Below, piece after piece: positions 46,673 to 59,887 of a DNA stretch of 64,000 bases. Positions within the stretch are counted from its first letter, which is position 1. Each line of letters begins with the position of its first letter. The DNA is from Mobula birostris (Eukaryota). The notes beneath the pieces are model-generated. The model searched no databases. It worked only from the letters and a program-made list of their open reading frames with translations, and was not told the origin of the DNA. The stretch spans positions 44,110,459 through 44,174,458 of the forward strand of contig NC_092395.1 in assembly GCF_030028105.1 (NCBI RefSeq). The letters are read 5' to 3'. The position numbers were made by a program, and so were the translations under genes.

Positions 46673-47560
46673 GGGAGACTCACACTGACCAACCAGAGCA
46701 ACACACACTAAATTCTAGAGGAACTCAGCAGGCCAGGCAACATCTAGGAAAAGAGTACCATCGCCGTTTCGGGCCGAATCCCTTTGGTAATATTTGTGCG
46801 CTTCTTTATCCTAAGCCGGATCTATGCTTTCAATCTCTATTCACTCTTTCCCAAGATGCTGCCTTTCCAGATGAGTTCCTCCAGTATTTTGTGTGTGGTG
46901 CTCGGATTTCCAGCATCTGCAGATTTTCCCTTGTTTCTGATTAACTAGAGCAAAGGATTTGAAACCTTCCTATTCACCGTCTCACACCATCAGGATGTGG
47001 TTGTGTCACTGGCGGCAAAGAGTAGATCCGTTGATAAAACAAAAGTGGACGAACAGTTTGCTCTGTGCCTGATATCTCCCAAACTTGCACAGAAGGAGCC
47101 AGATACAAGGGTCTCTGTCCTCTTTGTTCCCAGTAAATGTGTAACAGACAACCCTCTGATCTATAAGCTGCCGACACACACAGGAAGTGCTGCTGGAAGC
47201 TCAGTGGAAGACTGACGAATGCTGCCGAACGGGGAAGTCCAGCAGTACGTGCATTGTAGTCGGTGCAGCCAAACTTAAAAATACATAGGCTGATCTCCTG
47301 ATCAATGAAAGGGGAATCGCCATAGGGAGACACGTGAGTGGATACCGTGCCATATTTGCGTGTGCTTTTTAAAGTTTACCTCACTGAATATCACAATCAT
47401 AATTGTGAATGTTTGCACAGTTTCTTCCCTGGTTTTGAAATAAAAGATAATCTTTCCTCCTTATTTCCCTGATTCAGTTCTTGCCACTTACCATCCCTCA
47501 CACAACCAGGTACAACGGAGCAGACAGTACAGACTTCCTGTTTCCACACGAGTCATTCAG

Positions 47561-47757
47561 ATGTTGAGTTCAAATCCACCCTGACTGTTAGGGGGTTTGA
47601 AGTCTGTCTGAATGTGGGGATGAAATCTGCTCTGACGAACAGTAAAGTGCAGAAAGCTATTGTGTACTTTGGTACAAGCAGACAGCGGGAACAACTCCAC
47701 GATGGATCCTCCGGTATTACTACACACACACAGTGACCCGAAACACAGGCAGAGTTA
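47561..47757 (+). pseudogene. Ig V-segment fragment (FR1 to CDR2), opposite orientation, truncated next to a SINE
   Basis: WYKQTAGTTPRWILRYYY from 47670, about 80% identical by eye to FR2 of the cluster 2 V; decayed FR1 with frameshift; candidate acceptor ttcAG at 47559-47560. Confidence 0.8.
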
Positions 47758-47789
47758 TAACCCTTTGGGAGAGGGAGCCCCTCATCATA

Positions 47790-48075
47790 GGCACTATGGT
47801 AGCGTAGGGATTCGCACGACGCAATTAAAATTTGGGGCGATCTTGTGTAAAACATTTAATTCTGCCACTGGCTGAAAGGAGTTTCTACGTTCTCTTCGTG
47901 AGTGTGGACGTTTCCTTCAGGTGCTCCGGTTTCCTCCCACATTCCAAGGACACACAAAGGTTAGTAAATTAACTGGTCATTGTAAATATTCCTTTGATTA
48001 GGATAGTGTTAAATAGGTTGGTTGGGCCAGAAGGGCTTGTTCCTTTGTCTCTCGAAATGACTAAATAAATAAATC
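47790..48075 (+). mobile_element. tRNA-derived SINE (V-SINE/HE1-like)
   Basis: ggcactatggtagcgtag head, central gtttcc..ggtgctccggtttcctcccaca motif, (AAAT)n tail. Confidence 0.75.
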
Positions 48076-49239
48076 ATTACCCGTCCATGTCAGCCTCCAA
48101 TCCCACTTCATACATTCGGGTGACGGGTCCCAGTGAGTTTCCACGCGCACATGTGCTCAACAAATATCCAAGGGAATCAATAACATTCTTGAGTGGGTGG
48201 AGTTGGGGAGGTGGGGTGGATTCAGGCAACAAGTCGTTGCACAGTGATTTTGTTTTCAGTGTAGTCTTCACCTGATCCTTGAGCTAGTCTGATAAAAGGA
48301 ACAGGAGTTGTTGCCAGCTGGAGCAGCTGGGTCTCTGGAGTTTAGTGTTCGAGCAACAACAGTCCTTGCCCAAGGTTGAATGTTTTGTGTGCAGCAGGTT
48401 ACATAGAAACATAGAAAACCTACGGCACAATACATGCCCTTCGGCCCACAAAGTTGTGCTGAACATGCCCCTACCTTTGAAATTACTAGATTTGCCCATA
48501 GCCCTCTAATTTTCTAAGCATCTGGTAACTATCCAAAAGTCTCTTAAAAGATCCTATCGTAAAGAGGTTGCTGGAGGTGCTCATCCTGCAGCTAAAGTTA
48601 ATGAAAATAGTGGGAGACTGGGTGATCGCCAAACAGACAGAAGAACAGACAGATTGGCCAGGAGCCCCTGAGGACACACTGCTCCCTGACTGTATGATAT
48701 TCAGAGTACTGATTGGGAGTCTTCTCCTGGGCTGGAGGATGAACGTATTGTCCATTGTGTTCGTTGTGCAAGCTGGTCCATTGTGCAGGGGGAGAGTAGA
48801 ATGGTCTGCAGAGGAACAAGAGAGAAGATTCTCAAAGTTAGCAATAACTTGAGTTTACTGTGGCAGACATGATTCAGGGCAGGTATGTTATCTCTATGGT
48901 GTCTCAGTCACTAAACCCTGTTCAGTGATTTCTCTGGGAAGTCCTGGATGGGGAAAATGAATGGGTACCATTTTCTACACACATTTCCATGATGTTTGGC
49001 TTTCTGGTGCACTTGGCCAGTGTAAATTGGCCCAGGTTTGCAGAAGAGTGTCAGGATTTGAAGGGAATGTGAGGAGAATGAAAAGGGTTGGTGTAAATCG
49101 GAGTCTGATGGAGGGCACAGGCACAGTCCGCTGAAGAGTCTCTCTCCATGCTTTATGACTGAATGCAGTCAGAAATTAGGCCAGTGGGATGGGAACCAGA
49201 GTGCCAGAACTGTAAGTGGATAGGTTGTGGAGGCAGATA

Positions 49240-52130
49240 TTGGTAAGACCTCAGACAAAGTTTGGAATCAAAATGTTGAGCATGGTGCAACTCGTGTCCT
49301 GAGCTGCATCTATTTCAATGCCAGAGCTACCAATGGATGGACAATTAAAAGATGGATAATAGTGCTGGAGATGAGGTAACAGGTTTACAAATAGAGGGCA
49401 TGATAGGTTACGAGGGGATGTTGATGGGGCAAAATTGCCGTCAAGAGAATGAGTTGCAACAAAAAGGGCAGACAAAATCAGAAAGGGTGAATACAGGACT
49501 GAAGATGTTGTATTTGAATGCAGAATAAGATAGGTAAACTTGCAGCACAGTTGCAGATTGGCAGGGACGATGTTGCAAGCATCACTGAATTGTGGCTGAG
49601 AAAACATCACATCTGGGAGCTTAATGACCAAGGATACAGATTATATCAAAAGGGAAGGCTGGAAGGAAAAGTGGGAGGTGTTGATCTGTTGGTTAAAAAA
49701 TGAATTCAAATCATCAGAAAGAGGTGACATGGGGTGGGAAGGTATTGAATCAATGTGGATAGAGCTAAGGAACTGTAAGTGTTAAAAGACTCTGATGGGA
49801 ATTTTATCCAAAACCCCAAAGAATAGTAACAATGTGGCTTACAAACTTTAGTGGGAGATAGAAAATGCATGCAACAAAGGAAATGTAATAATAGTCATGG
49901 GGAATTTTAATATGCAGGTATATTGGGAAATTTATGTTGGTGCTTTATTCTAGGAGGATGAATTTCTAGAGTGCCTACAAGATGACATTTTAGAGCAGCT
50001 CATGGTTAAACCCGCTGGAGGATCAGTTATTCTGGATTGGGTGCTGTGCAGTGAATCAGAATTGATTCGATAGCTTCAGGTAAAACAGTCCTGAAGTCAA
50101 AGAGATCATAATATGATCAAATTCACCCGAAAGTTAGAAAAGGAGAAGCTAATATCAGTTATCTCAGTATTACCATTGAGTAAAATAAATTACAGAGGAA
50201 TGAGAGAGGAGTGGACCAGGATTCATTGAAAAAGAACACTGGCAGGGATGATGGCAGAACAGCAATGGCTGTAATTTCTGAAAGGAATTTAGGAGGTATA
50301 GGAATTATACATCCCAAAGAGGAAGATATATTCTAAATGAAAGATGAAACAAATGTGGCTAACAAGAGAGGAAACAGCTGATATAAAAGCTAAAGAGTGG
50401 GTGTAATGTAGAGCAAAAGTTAGTGGGATGTTAGAGGATTGGGAAGTTTTAAAAATCAGCAGAAGGCAACTAAAAATATCATGAAGAAGGTAAAGGTAGA
50501 ACATGAAATTAAGCTAGCCAATAATGTTAAAGAGGATATCAAATGATTCTTCAGATACATAAAGTGCAAAAGACTGTGGATATCAGACCACTGGAGACAC
50601 TGCTGGAGAGGTTGTAATGGGGGACAATGAAATGGAGGGACAATTAAATGGACTAGACAGTGTACACTCAAGTGTTCTGAAAAAGGAGGCATTAGTAATA
50701 ATCTTTCAAGAATATTTAGATTCTGGAATGGTTCTGGAAGACTGGAATATTGCTAATGTCACTCTGCTCTTCAAGGAGGGAGAGAGGCAGAAGAAGAGAA
50801 ATTATAGGCCTCGGAGGTTGGGAAGATGTTGGAGACAATTGATAAGGAAGTGGTTTTGGGGTACTTGGAGGCACATGATAAATTAGGGGAAACTCTTGCC
50901 TGACAAATCTGTTGGAATTCTTTGAGGAAATAACAAGTGGGATAGAGACTGGTAAATCAGTTGATGTTGTGTGCTTGGATTTTCAGAACGCCTTAAACAA
51001 AATGCCACACATGAGGATCTTAACAAGATATGATGTCATTTTATTACAGGAAACATGCTAACATGAATAAACCAGTGGCTGGTTGGCAGGAGGCAAAGAG
51101 TGGCATTAAAGGGAGCCTTTTCTGGCTGGTTGGAGACTAGTGGTGCTCCACAGGGGTCTCTGTTGGGACCGATTCTTTTTACGATATATGTCAGTGATTT
51201 GGATGATGGAATTGATGGTGTTGTTGTAAAGTTTGCATACAGTATGAAGATAGGAGGAGTGACATGTAGATTTGAGCAAGTACAGAAACTAAAGAAGGAC
51301 TTAGACTGATTCAGAGAATGGGTACAGAAATAGCAGTTGGAATAAAGTGTCAGGAACTATATGGCCCTGCACTTTGGTAGCAGAAATGAAACAGTTGACT
51401 ATTTTCTAAATGGAGAGAAAATACAAAGAAACTGAGCTGTAAAGCGACTTGGAGGTCATTGAGCAAGATTCCCTAAAGGTTAATTTGCAGGTTGCATCTT
51501 TGGTGAGGAAGGCAAATTAATGTTAGCACTCATTTCAAAAGGACTACAATCTAAAAGCAGGGATGCAATTTTGATATTTTATAAAGCACTAGTGAGGCCG
51601 CACAGCATATTGTGAGCAGTTTGGAGCCCCTTATCTTAGAAAGGATGTGCTGAAACTAGAGAAGGATTAAAGGGGGTTCACAAAAATGATGTCAGGACAT
51701 ATGCAGAGCATTTGATGGCTCTGCACCTGCATTCACTGGAATTCAGAAGAATGAGGAGTGACCTTATTGAAATCTATTGAATGGTGAAAGGCCTTGATAG
51801 TGTATGTGAGAGTCAAAGACCAGAGGGCACAGCCTCAGAATAGAGGGGCGTCCTTTTAGCATGGAGACTGGAAGGAATTTCTTTAGCCAGAGATTGGTGA
51901 ATCTGTAGGATTCTTTGCCACAGGCATCTGTGGAGGACAAGTTGTTATGTATATTTAAGGCATAGGTTGGTGAATTCGTAATTAGTGAGGGCATGAAGGA
52001 TACGAAGAGAAGGCAGGAGATTGGGGAGAGAGCAAAATTGGATTATCCACGATGAAATGGTGGAGTGGACTTGATGCACCAAATGGCCTAATTCTGCTTC
52101 TGTATCTTCTGTTCTTATGGTCTTATGCAA
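49240..52130 (+). mobile_element. Old CR1 (endonuclease and RT), degraded
   Basis: ORF fragments DVASITELWL, DWNIANVTLLFKEG, GAPQGSLLGPILF..KFA. Confidence 0.9.
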
Positions 52131-52189
52131 TTGAACGAATGTGCAGGAAGCATAACATCTGTGGTGCACTATTAATGTCCATAAGACCA

Positions 52190-55100
52190 AAAGACCGTAA
52201 GACAAAGAAGCAGAAGTCGGCCATTCGGCCCATCGAGTCTGCTCCACCATTTTGTCATGAGCTGATCCATTCTCCCATTTAGTCCCTCTCCCCCACCTTC
52301 TCACCATAACCTTTGATGCCCTGGCTACTCAGATACCTATCAATCTCTGCCTTAAATACACCCAATGACTTGGCCTCCACTGCCACCCGTGGCAAAAAAT
52401 TCCATAGATTCACTACCCTTTGGCTAAATATATTTCTTCGCATCTCTGTTCTGAATGGGCGCCCTTTAAACCTTAAGTCATGTCCTCTCGGACTAGACTC
52501 CCCCATCATGGGAAACAACTTTGCCACATCCACTCTGTCTATGCCTTTCAACATTCAAAATGTTTCTATGACGTCCGTTCTCATTCTTCTAAACTCCAAA
52601 CAATACAGTCCAAGAGCGGACAAACGTTCCTCATATGTTAACCCTCTCAATCCCTGAATCATTCTAGTGAATCTTCTCTGTACCCTCTCCAACGACAGCA
52701 CATCCTTTCTTAAATGAGGAGACGAAAACTGCCCACAGTACTCCAAGTGAGGTCTTACCAGCGCCTTGTAGAGCCTCAACATCACATCCCTGCTCCTATA
52801 CTCAATTCCTCTAGAAATGAATGCCAACATTGTATTTGCCTTCTTTACAACTGACTCAACCTGGAGGTTAACCTTAAGGGTATCCTGTACGAGGACTCCT
52901 AAGTCCCGTTGCATCTCAGAACTTTGAATTCTCTCCCCATTTAAAAATAGTCCGCCCATTTATTTCTTCTGCCAAAGTGCAGAACCATACAATTTCCAAC
53001 ATTGTATTTCATTTGCCACTTCTTTGCCCATTCTTCCAATCTATCCAAGTCTCTCTGCAGATTCTTCATTTCCTCAGCACTACCGGCCTCTCCACCTATC
53101 TTCGTATCATCAGCAAACTTAGCCACAAAGCCATCTATTCCATCATCCAAATCATTGATGTACAACGTAAAAAGAAGCAGCCACAACACGGACTCCTGTG
53201 GAACACCACCGGTAACCCGCAGCCAACCAGAATAGGATCCCTTTATTCCCACTCTCTGTTTCCTACCAATCAGCCAATGCTCTATCCACGTATGTAACTT
53301 TCCCGTAATTCCATGGCCTCTTATCTTGTTAAGCAGCCTCATGTGTGGTACCTTGTCAAAGGCCTTTCTGAAAATCCAAATATACAACATCCACTGCATC
53401 TCCCTTGTCTAGCCTACTTGTAATTTCCTCAAAAAATTGTAATAGGCTTGTCAGGCAGGATTTTCCTTTAAGGAAACCATGCTGAGTTCTGCCTATCTTG
53501 TCATATGCCTCCAAGTACTCTGTAACCTCGTCCTTGACCATCAACCCCAACAACTTCCCAACCACCGATGTCAAGCTAACAGGTCTATAATTTCCTTTTT
53601 GCTTCCTTGCCCCCTTCTTAAATAGCAGAGTGACATTGCAATATTCCAGTCCTCCGGAACCATGCCAGAATCTATCGACTTTTGAAAGATCATCGCTAAT
53701 GCCTCCGCAATCTCCACAGCTACTTCCTTCAGAACACAAGGGTGCATTCCACTTGGTCCAGGAGATTTATCTACCTTTAGACTATTCAGCTTCCTGAGTA
53801 CTTTCTCTGTTATAATTGCAACAGTGCACACTTCTCTTCCCTGCCACCCTTGAGTGTCCGGTATACTGTTGATGTCCTCCTCAGTGAAGACTGATCCAAA
53901 TTACTCATCCAGTTCCTCCTCCATCTCCTTATCTCCCATTACAATTTCTCCAGCATCATTTTCTATCGGTCCTATATCTACTCTCACCTGTCTTTTACTC
54001 TTTATATACTTGAAAAAGCTTTTAGTATCCGTATTGATATTATTAGCTAGCTTCCTTTCATAGTTCATCTTTTCCCTCTTAATGACCTTCTTAGTTTCCT
54101 TTAGTAAGCTTTTAAAAACTTCCCAATCCTCTGTCTTCCCACTAATTTTTGCTTCCTCTTATGGCCTCTCCTTTGCTTTAACTTTGGCTTTGACTTGTCT
54201 CGTCAGCCACGGTTGCATCCTTCTTCCATTCGAAAATTTCTTCTTTTTTGGAATATACCTGTCTTGCACCTTCCTCACTTCTCACATAAACTCCAGCCAC
54301 TGCTGCTCTGCCGTCCTTCCCGCCAGTGTCCCTTTCCAGTCAACTTTTGCCAGTTCCTCTCTCATGCCAATATAATTTCCTTTACTCCACTAAAATACCG
54401 ACACATTGGATTTCGGCTTTTCTTTTTCAAATTTCACAGTGAGCTCAATCATGTTATAATTACTGTCTCCTAAGGGTTCCTTCACCTCAATCTCTCTAAT
54501 CACCTCCAGTTCATTACACAATGCCCAATCCAGTACAGCCAATCCCCTAGTGGGCTCAACAGCAAGTTGTTCTAAAAAGCCATCTCGCAGACATTCTACA
54601 AATTCTCTGTCTTGAGATCCAGTGCCGACCTGAATTTTGCAATCCACTCGCATATTAAAATCCCCCACAATTATCATAACACTTCTCTTCTGTCAAGCCT
54701 TTTCTATTTCCTGTTGTAATTTGTAGTCCACATCACTGCAGCTGTTTGGAGGTCTATATATAACTGTCATCAGGGTCCTTTTACCCCTGTGATTTCTTAG
54801 CTCAACCCATAAAGATTCTGCACCTTCTGTTTCTACGTAACCCCTTTCTAATAATTTTATATCATTTCTTACCAATAAAGCCATGCCACCCCCTCTGCCT
54901 ACCTTCCAATCCTCCCGATACATTGTGTATCCTTAGATGTTCAGCTCCCAGAGACATGCATCCCTTAGCCACGTCTCAGTGATGATCACAATATCATACC
55001 TGCTAGTCTGTAGCTGTACGACAAGATCATCCACCTTCTTCCTTATACTGCGTGCATTTAAGTATAACACCTTAAGACCAGTATTTGGTACTTTTCGCTT

Positions 55101-55460
55101 TGATTTCACTGCAACTCATTCCAATGGCTACAAAATTTGCCCCATCACCTGCCTGTCTTTCCTGACATCTTTACTGCTCACTATCTTAGATTTATTCTGT
55201 TTTCCCCTTCCTCCACTCTACCATTCTGGTTCCCATCTCCCTGCCAAATTAGTTTAAACCCTCCCTAATAGCTCTATTAAAACTTCCCGCCAGAATATTG
55301 GTCCCCTTCGGGTTCAGGTGTAACCTGTTCATTTTGAACAGGTCATACTTCCCCCAGAAGAGAGCCCAATGATCCAAGAATTTGTAGCCCTGCCCCCTGC
55401 ACCAGTCTCTCAGCCACGCATTCATCTGCCTGATCCTACTATTCTTGCCCTCGCTTGTGT
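52190..55460 (-). mobile_element. CR1 LINE with ORF1 esterase end, endonuclease, RT and 3' tail; several stops
   Basis: ORFs 54693-54923, 54390-54677, 53356-53831, 52941-53399, 52555-52959, 52279-52554; RLHLNPKGTNILAG-type end of ORF1 near 55270-55350. Confidence 0.95.
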
Positions 55461-55518
55461 CTCTCTGAACTTATTAATGAAAATTGTTTTTACTCTAATA
55501 ACTGAAAATAAAGAAATA

Positions 55519-56340
55519 CAGTGGGTCCCAGTTAATTGGGATGCATCAGGAACATTACATACTGGCCCAATTAAACAGCTACCCCAATTACTCGATGTTT
55601 CATGGAAATAGTTAAAAAGGATTAAAAATTCAAATATGGTTTATTTGTATAACAGGTAATGTACTTAAATGAAATGCAGAACAAATTTATAGACAACCAA
55701 AACTACTTCAGCCGTATTAAACTGTGTATTAGTTTCTAATAGTTATTGATGGAGGAAATAATCCAGTGTATGCTGCCATGTTCTTTTGATTGACTATAAA
55801 TGAGCAAAATCAGCACTGACACCTCATACAGATAATGGACTGCCTTCAAACAATGCTTTAATGGTTGCATCCTCCAAATTTTCATTTTCATTGTAACATT
55901 CAAGATATCTGTTGATACCTTCACATTCTTTGTAGGTCCTAACTTGTTTAAGTAGTGACATTGTTTCTTTGTCACTCCTGGCTGTATTTGGCACCTCTAA
56001 GCTAAGTAAGCAAAACAGTAATGGATTGCTTTACTGCTTACTACTTGCCAACTATCAATACAAAAATCACTGTATTTTGAACGTAAACACAGGCAAGTGA
56101 CACTTTAAAAACTGCTCACTCTCAGCACAATTTAGTGCTTAATGGCGACAAGACATGTACGTGACTGACGCTAGTTAAAAATCGTTCAACACAGTGTACT
56201 GTCCCAATTAATTTAAATAGTGTCCCAGCTAAGCAAAGGGAATCTAGGCTATTTTTTTCATTTGGTTTATGTTCTTTAAAAGTCGTCCCAAATAAGCAGT
56301 TGCCCTAATTAACTGATGGGCTACTTAATTGGAATCCACA
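55519..56340. mobile_element. Tigger/pogo-like non-autonomous DNA transposon
   Basis: TA followed by CAGTGGGTCCCAGTTAATTGGG; imperfect inverted end TTAATTGGAATCCACA followed by TA. Confidence 0.55.
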
Positions 56341-56539
56341 TAATTTTATTTATAGCTTTAAATAGTTTTTTTAAAACGTGGATTCGGAGAGACTGAAGTC
56401 TTAACCAGCAGAGGTGTACATAATTATCAGTAGGATAGATGGATGGATATTAAAAATATTTTTCCAATTGAATGAGTGCCTAAATGAGAAGACATTAGAA
56501 TAAGGTAAGAGGTAAGATACTTAGAGGGAATCCGAGCAA

Positions 56540-57300
56540 GGATTAGATTCACTCAGAGAGTGAAAGTTCACACAGCAATCTGGCATGGGCTGATAAATGA
56601 CAAGTAATATTCACATCACAGAAGTGCTGGACTGGGATCGTGTCCAACAAATGTGTGTATGACATCCTACCCTCAGCATTTATTGCCATAAACATCTCTG
56701 AGCCAACTGCACCCACTGTCTTGGGATCACCATTGATTATCAATTCAAAAGAATCAGCTATATGAATATTGTTGTTACAAGAGCAAATCAAAGACTGATT
56801 CACCTGCTTTAACAAAGCCTTTTCATCATTTCTAAGGTCTAAGACAAGAGCAGGATGCAATATTCTCCTCTTGTGGAGATGAGTAAAGCTCCAACAACAT
56901 TCCGAAACCTCAACGCTGTACAAGATAAGGGAGACCAATTGATTGGCACTCCACTTTTCAGAAGAAACATTTATTCCCTCCTCCACTGGCGTACAATGGA
57001 TGCAGTTTGCTCGATTTACAAAATGTCCTGTTGTTACATTCCCAGGTTACTCCAACATCATTTGCCAAATTTGTGAGTCTACTACCAAGATAACAAGGGC
57101 AGAATGTGCCCAAGTATACAAGCACATGCAGGTTTACTTCCAAGTCACCCACCATCCTGACATGAAAATATATTGATGGACCTTCATTGTCACTAGGTCT
57201 CCTCATCCAACACCACCATGGGAGTACCTTCAATAGAGGCACAACAGAAGTTCAACAAGGCAACTTATCACCACTTTCCCAGGGACAGTTCAGACAATTA
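56540..57300 (-). mobile_element. Degraded non-LTR retrotransposon 3' fragment
   Basis: RT-like remnants and resemblance to other LINE 3' ends; clade not assigned. Confidence 0.45.
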
Positions 57301-59140
57301 AGGCCTGATGGAGAAATGAATGAATCACTAAACTGAATGAATCACTAAACTGGAGCTTTAGAAGTATGGATGTATAAGCAAGGCTGGTAATAAATGATAG
57401 TAGAAATTAAAATAACAGTATGACAAATAGAATAGAAGGGGAGAGATTGTTCTCATCAGAAGAGTTTCAAGAACTAGGGGATATGAAATGACAGGAAACG
57501 GCAAAAGTGACATGAAGATAATCTTCCTCACACAGTGAGTAATAAGAGAATGCACTGACAGGGGTGGCAGAAAGATTCACTTGGAAAGCTTAGAGGGGAA
57601 CAAGATAATTGTCTATATTTGGAGGGTTATGAAAGGAGGGTTATGAAAAGAGGGCAGATGGATTGGATTTGCTGGAGAGTTCTTACATCAAGCTGGTCTG
57701 AGGTCAACAGGCCAAATGGCTTCATTTCCTCAGGTAATCATTCTGTGACAGTGAATTATTTAGGTAACTCTAATGTCAACAACTGACCCTGAGAGTAAAC
57801 TCAAACCTGGCAACTCCTTTCCAAGTAAAATTCCCCTTGATTTGAAATCATTAATAAGGTAGATAATTGTCTATATTTCCGAGTACAATATTATCATTTG
57901 ATTTAGTTCTGTAGAGTCACTGGGATTAAATGGGAGCTCCCAATTTCAGTGAACAGTTCCCTTTGTTACACTACAGTGGGATCCAATACCCTAACCCTGT
58001 GACTCTGGCAATGTATCGAATCCTTTCAAACCCGAGTAGAATGACACACATGAGAAGTCCCATTAGTGACACCAGTAGAACAGCTGAAAAATACCCTTCA
58101 CATCAGAGTGCTGTCTGCGAAATATTTAAAACAGAAACATGATGCAAAAATACCAGTGAATATTTCGATTATACTTTATACAAAATTACTGTCTGTTTAT
58201 TTCCAGTATTTCAGCTGTGAATTAAGCTACTTACAGTCTTGGGAATGTCATTGTCAATGATACTGATGTATTGATGCCATTGACTATCACATTCAAACTT
58301 GTTATCAATGAACAGTAGAATACTAATATGCTCATATTCCATCTATAGACAAAATTTATCATGAGATTATTGACTACTTCAAATAAAATAAGGACATTAG
58401 AGGGAGTCAACTGCACTCATTATAGTACAGGAAAAAATTTTTAAGGCATCGCTGCAGAGAGTTGGTCCTGCACCAATCAATTGACAGAATACAAATCAAC
58501 TTAATCAATTTGGATTAAATTATGCATGGAGAAGGACAAGACATGAATCCAGTGAGAAAAAACTCCATGAGAAATTGGCCATTATTGAGCAGTGTTAAAA
58601 TAGGAGAAGCAAATAATTTAAATTTTCCAATTTAAAAACAAAAATTGAAAAAGGAACTTTTGTGTTGTTCGGGTTGCGAAATTAACGAACATCTGTGGCA
58701 ACAACAGGAAATGAGATGTTATTTTAAGGAGGGGGATGGCCCAGAATTGAGACAAGACATTTACACCTGTCTTTCTACTCATATATCGCAGTTTCTGTTC
58801 GAGCCAATTGTACTTTAAGACACTTGGCTGTTAAAGGGACAATATCTCTGGAGCTTTCTTTCTGTGGCAGTCAGAACAACAACTGCCTCTCAAATTGTTC
58901 CATGTCAGTTGGCTGAGTCACTTCACAGATTTATAAACTAAAACCTGGGGGAAGGAAACATTGATTGAGGCTGATTGTTTAAATGGGTAACAATGAATCC
59001 ATCCCCATTGCATTGTCTAAGTTTGTTTGCTTTCCATTGAAATCAAAGCTGATGTGTTGCTTTAAAGTTTTGCAGAAATTTGGGAAAGTTTAAGGTTAAG
59101 CTGATTGAATCAAACAAATGAAAAGTGGGAAAGTGGGGGA

Positions 59141-59209
59141 AGGGAGGGAGAGAGGGAGAGGGGGGAAGAGACAGAGAGAGAGAGAGAGGCAGAGAGAGAG
59201 AGAGGGAGA

Positions 59210-59252
<43 letters not shown>

Positions 59253-59255
59253 AGA
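59141..59255. repeat. (GA)n/(GGA)n microsatellite within a Penelope pLTR remnant
   Basis: Direct reading of the sequence. Confidence 0.97.
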
Positions 59256-59887
59256 GTTGTATAGAAGGAGGGAATGAGAGATGGATGCTGCCTGGTCTAC
59301 TGAGATCATCCACCATTTTGTATGTGTTGCTTTGATTTCCAGCATTTCCAGATTTTCTCTTGTTTGTGATTGGACTCCTGATGGGTCACCCAGTTTTAGA
59401 AAGTTATTTGATCACAACAAAAAGGATACAGGGTTGATAGGATGTCAGTGAATGGGATTCAATGCAACATGTAATATTGATTAAAGGGTGTTCTTTAATG
59501 CTTGTGTAAGCCATTCAGAGTTTGTATTCCAATGGATAGTTTAAAAGTGAATGAATTAAAAACTACAATTTTCAATGAGTATTCATAAAAATAAATTCTT
59601 TATATCAAAGTTATTCATTTTGATTTGGTGCCATTAATTCAGTTTTTGTGTCTGCATTCCGGCACTTTGCTCAATATTAGGAGGACTCTGCAAGTTGTTC
59701 AGATACTTGGAGAGAGGATTTATGAGTGTTGAAGACAGCATTTGGAGAAGCATGGTCTGATTGTGGGTAGTCTGCATGGCTTTGTGAGGATCAAGTCAAG
59801 TCTCATGAGCTTGGATGAATTGCTTGAGGATGTGACAAAACACATTGTTGAAGATAGGGTAATGGATGTGGTGTAGATGGACTTCAT

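Noticed and set aside
47485-47556. Minus-strand ATG..GTAAGT segment as an alternative leader exon
   Set aside because: It would be phase 2, incompatible with the phase-1 V acceptor, and it is a poor signal peptide
47729-47735. CACAGTG heptamer within the V fragment
   Set aside because: It lies in CDR2-homologous sequence at the end of a CA run, and no nonamer is at the right spacing
57318-57878. 17-bp tandem duplication (57318-57351) and 18-bp direct repeat (57603 and 57861) as an array or TSD
   Set aside because: Only two copies each, lying in decayed CR1/SINE sequence; not a CRISPR-like array and no clear enclosed element
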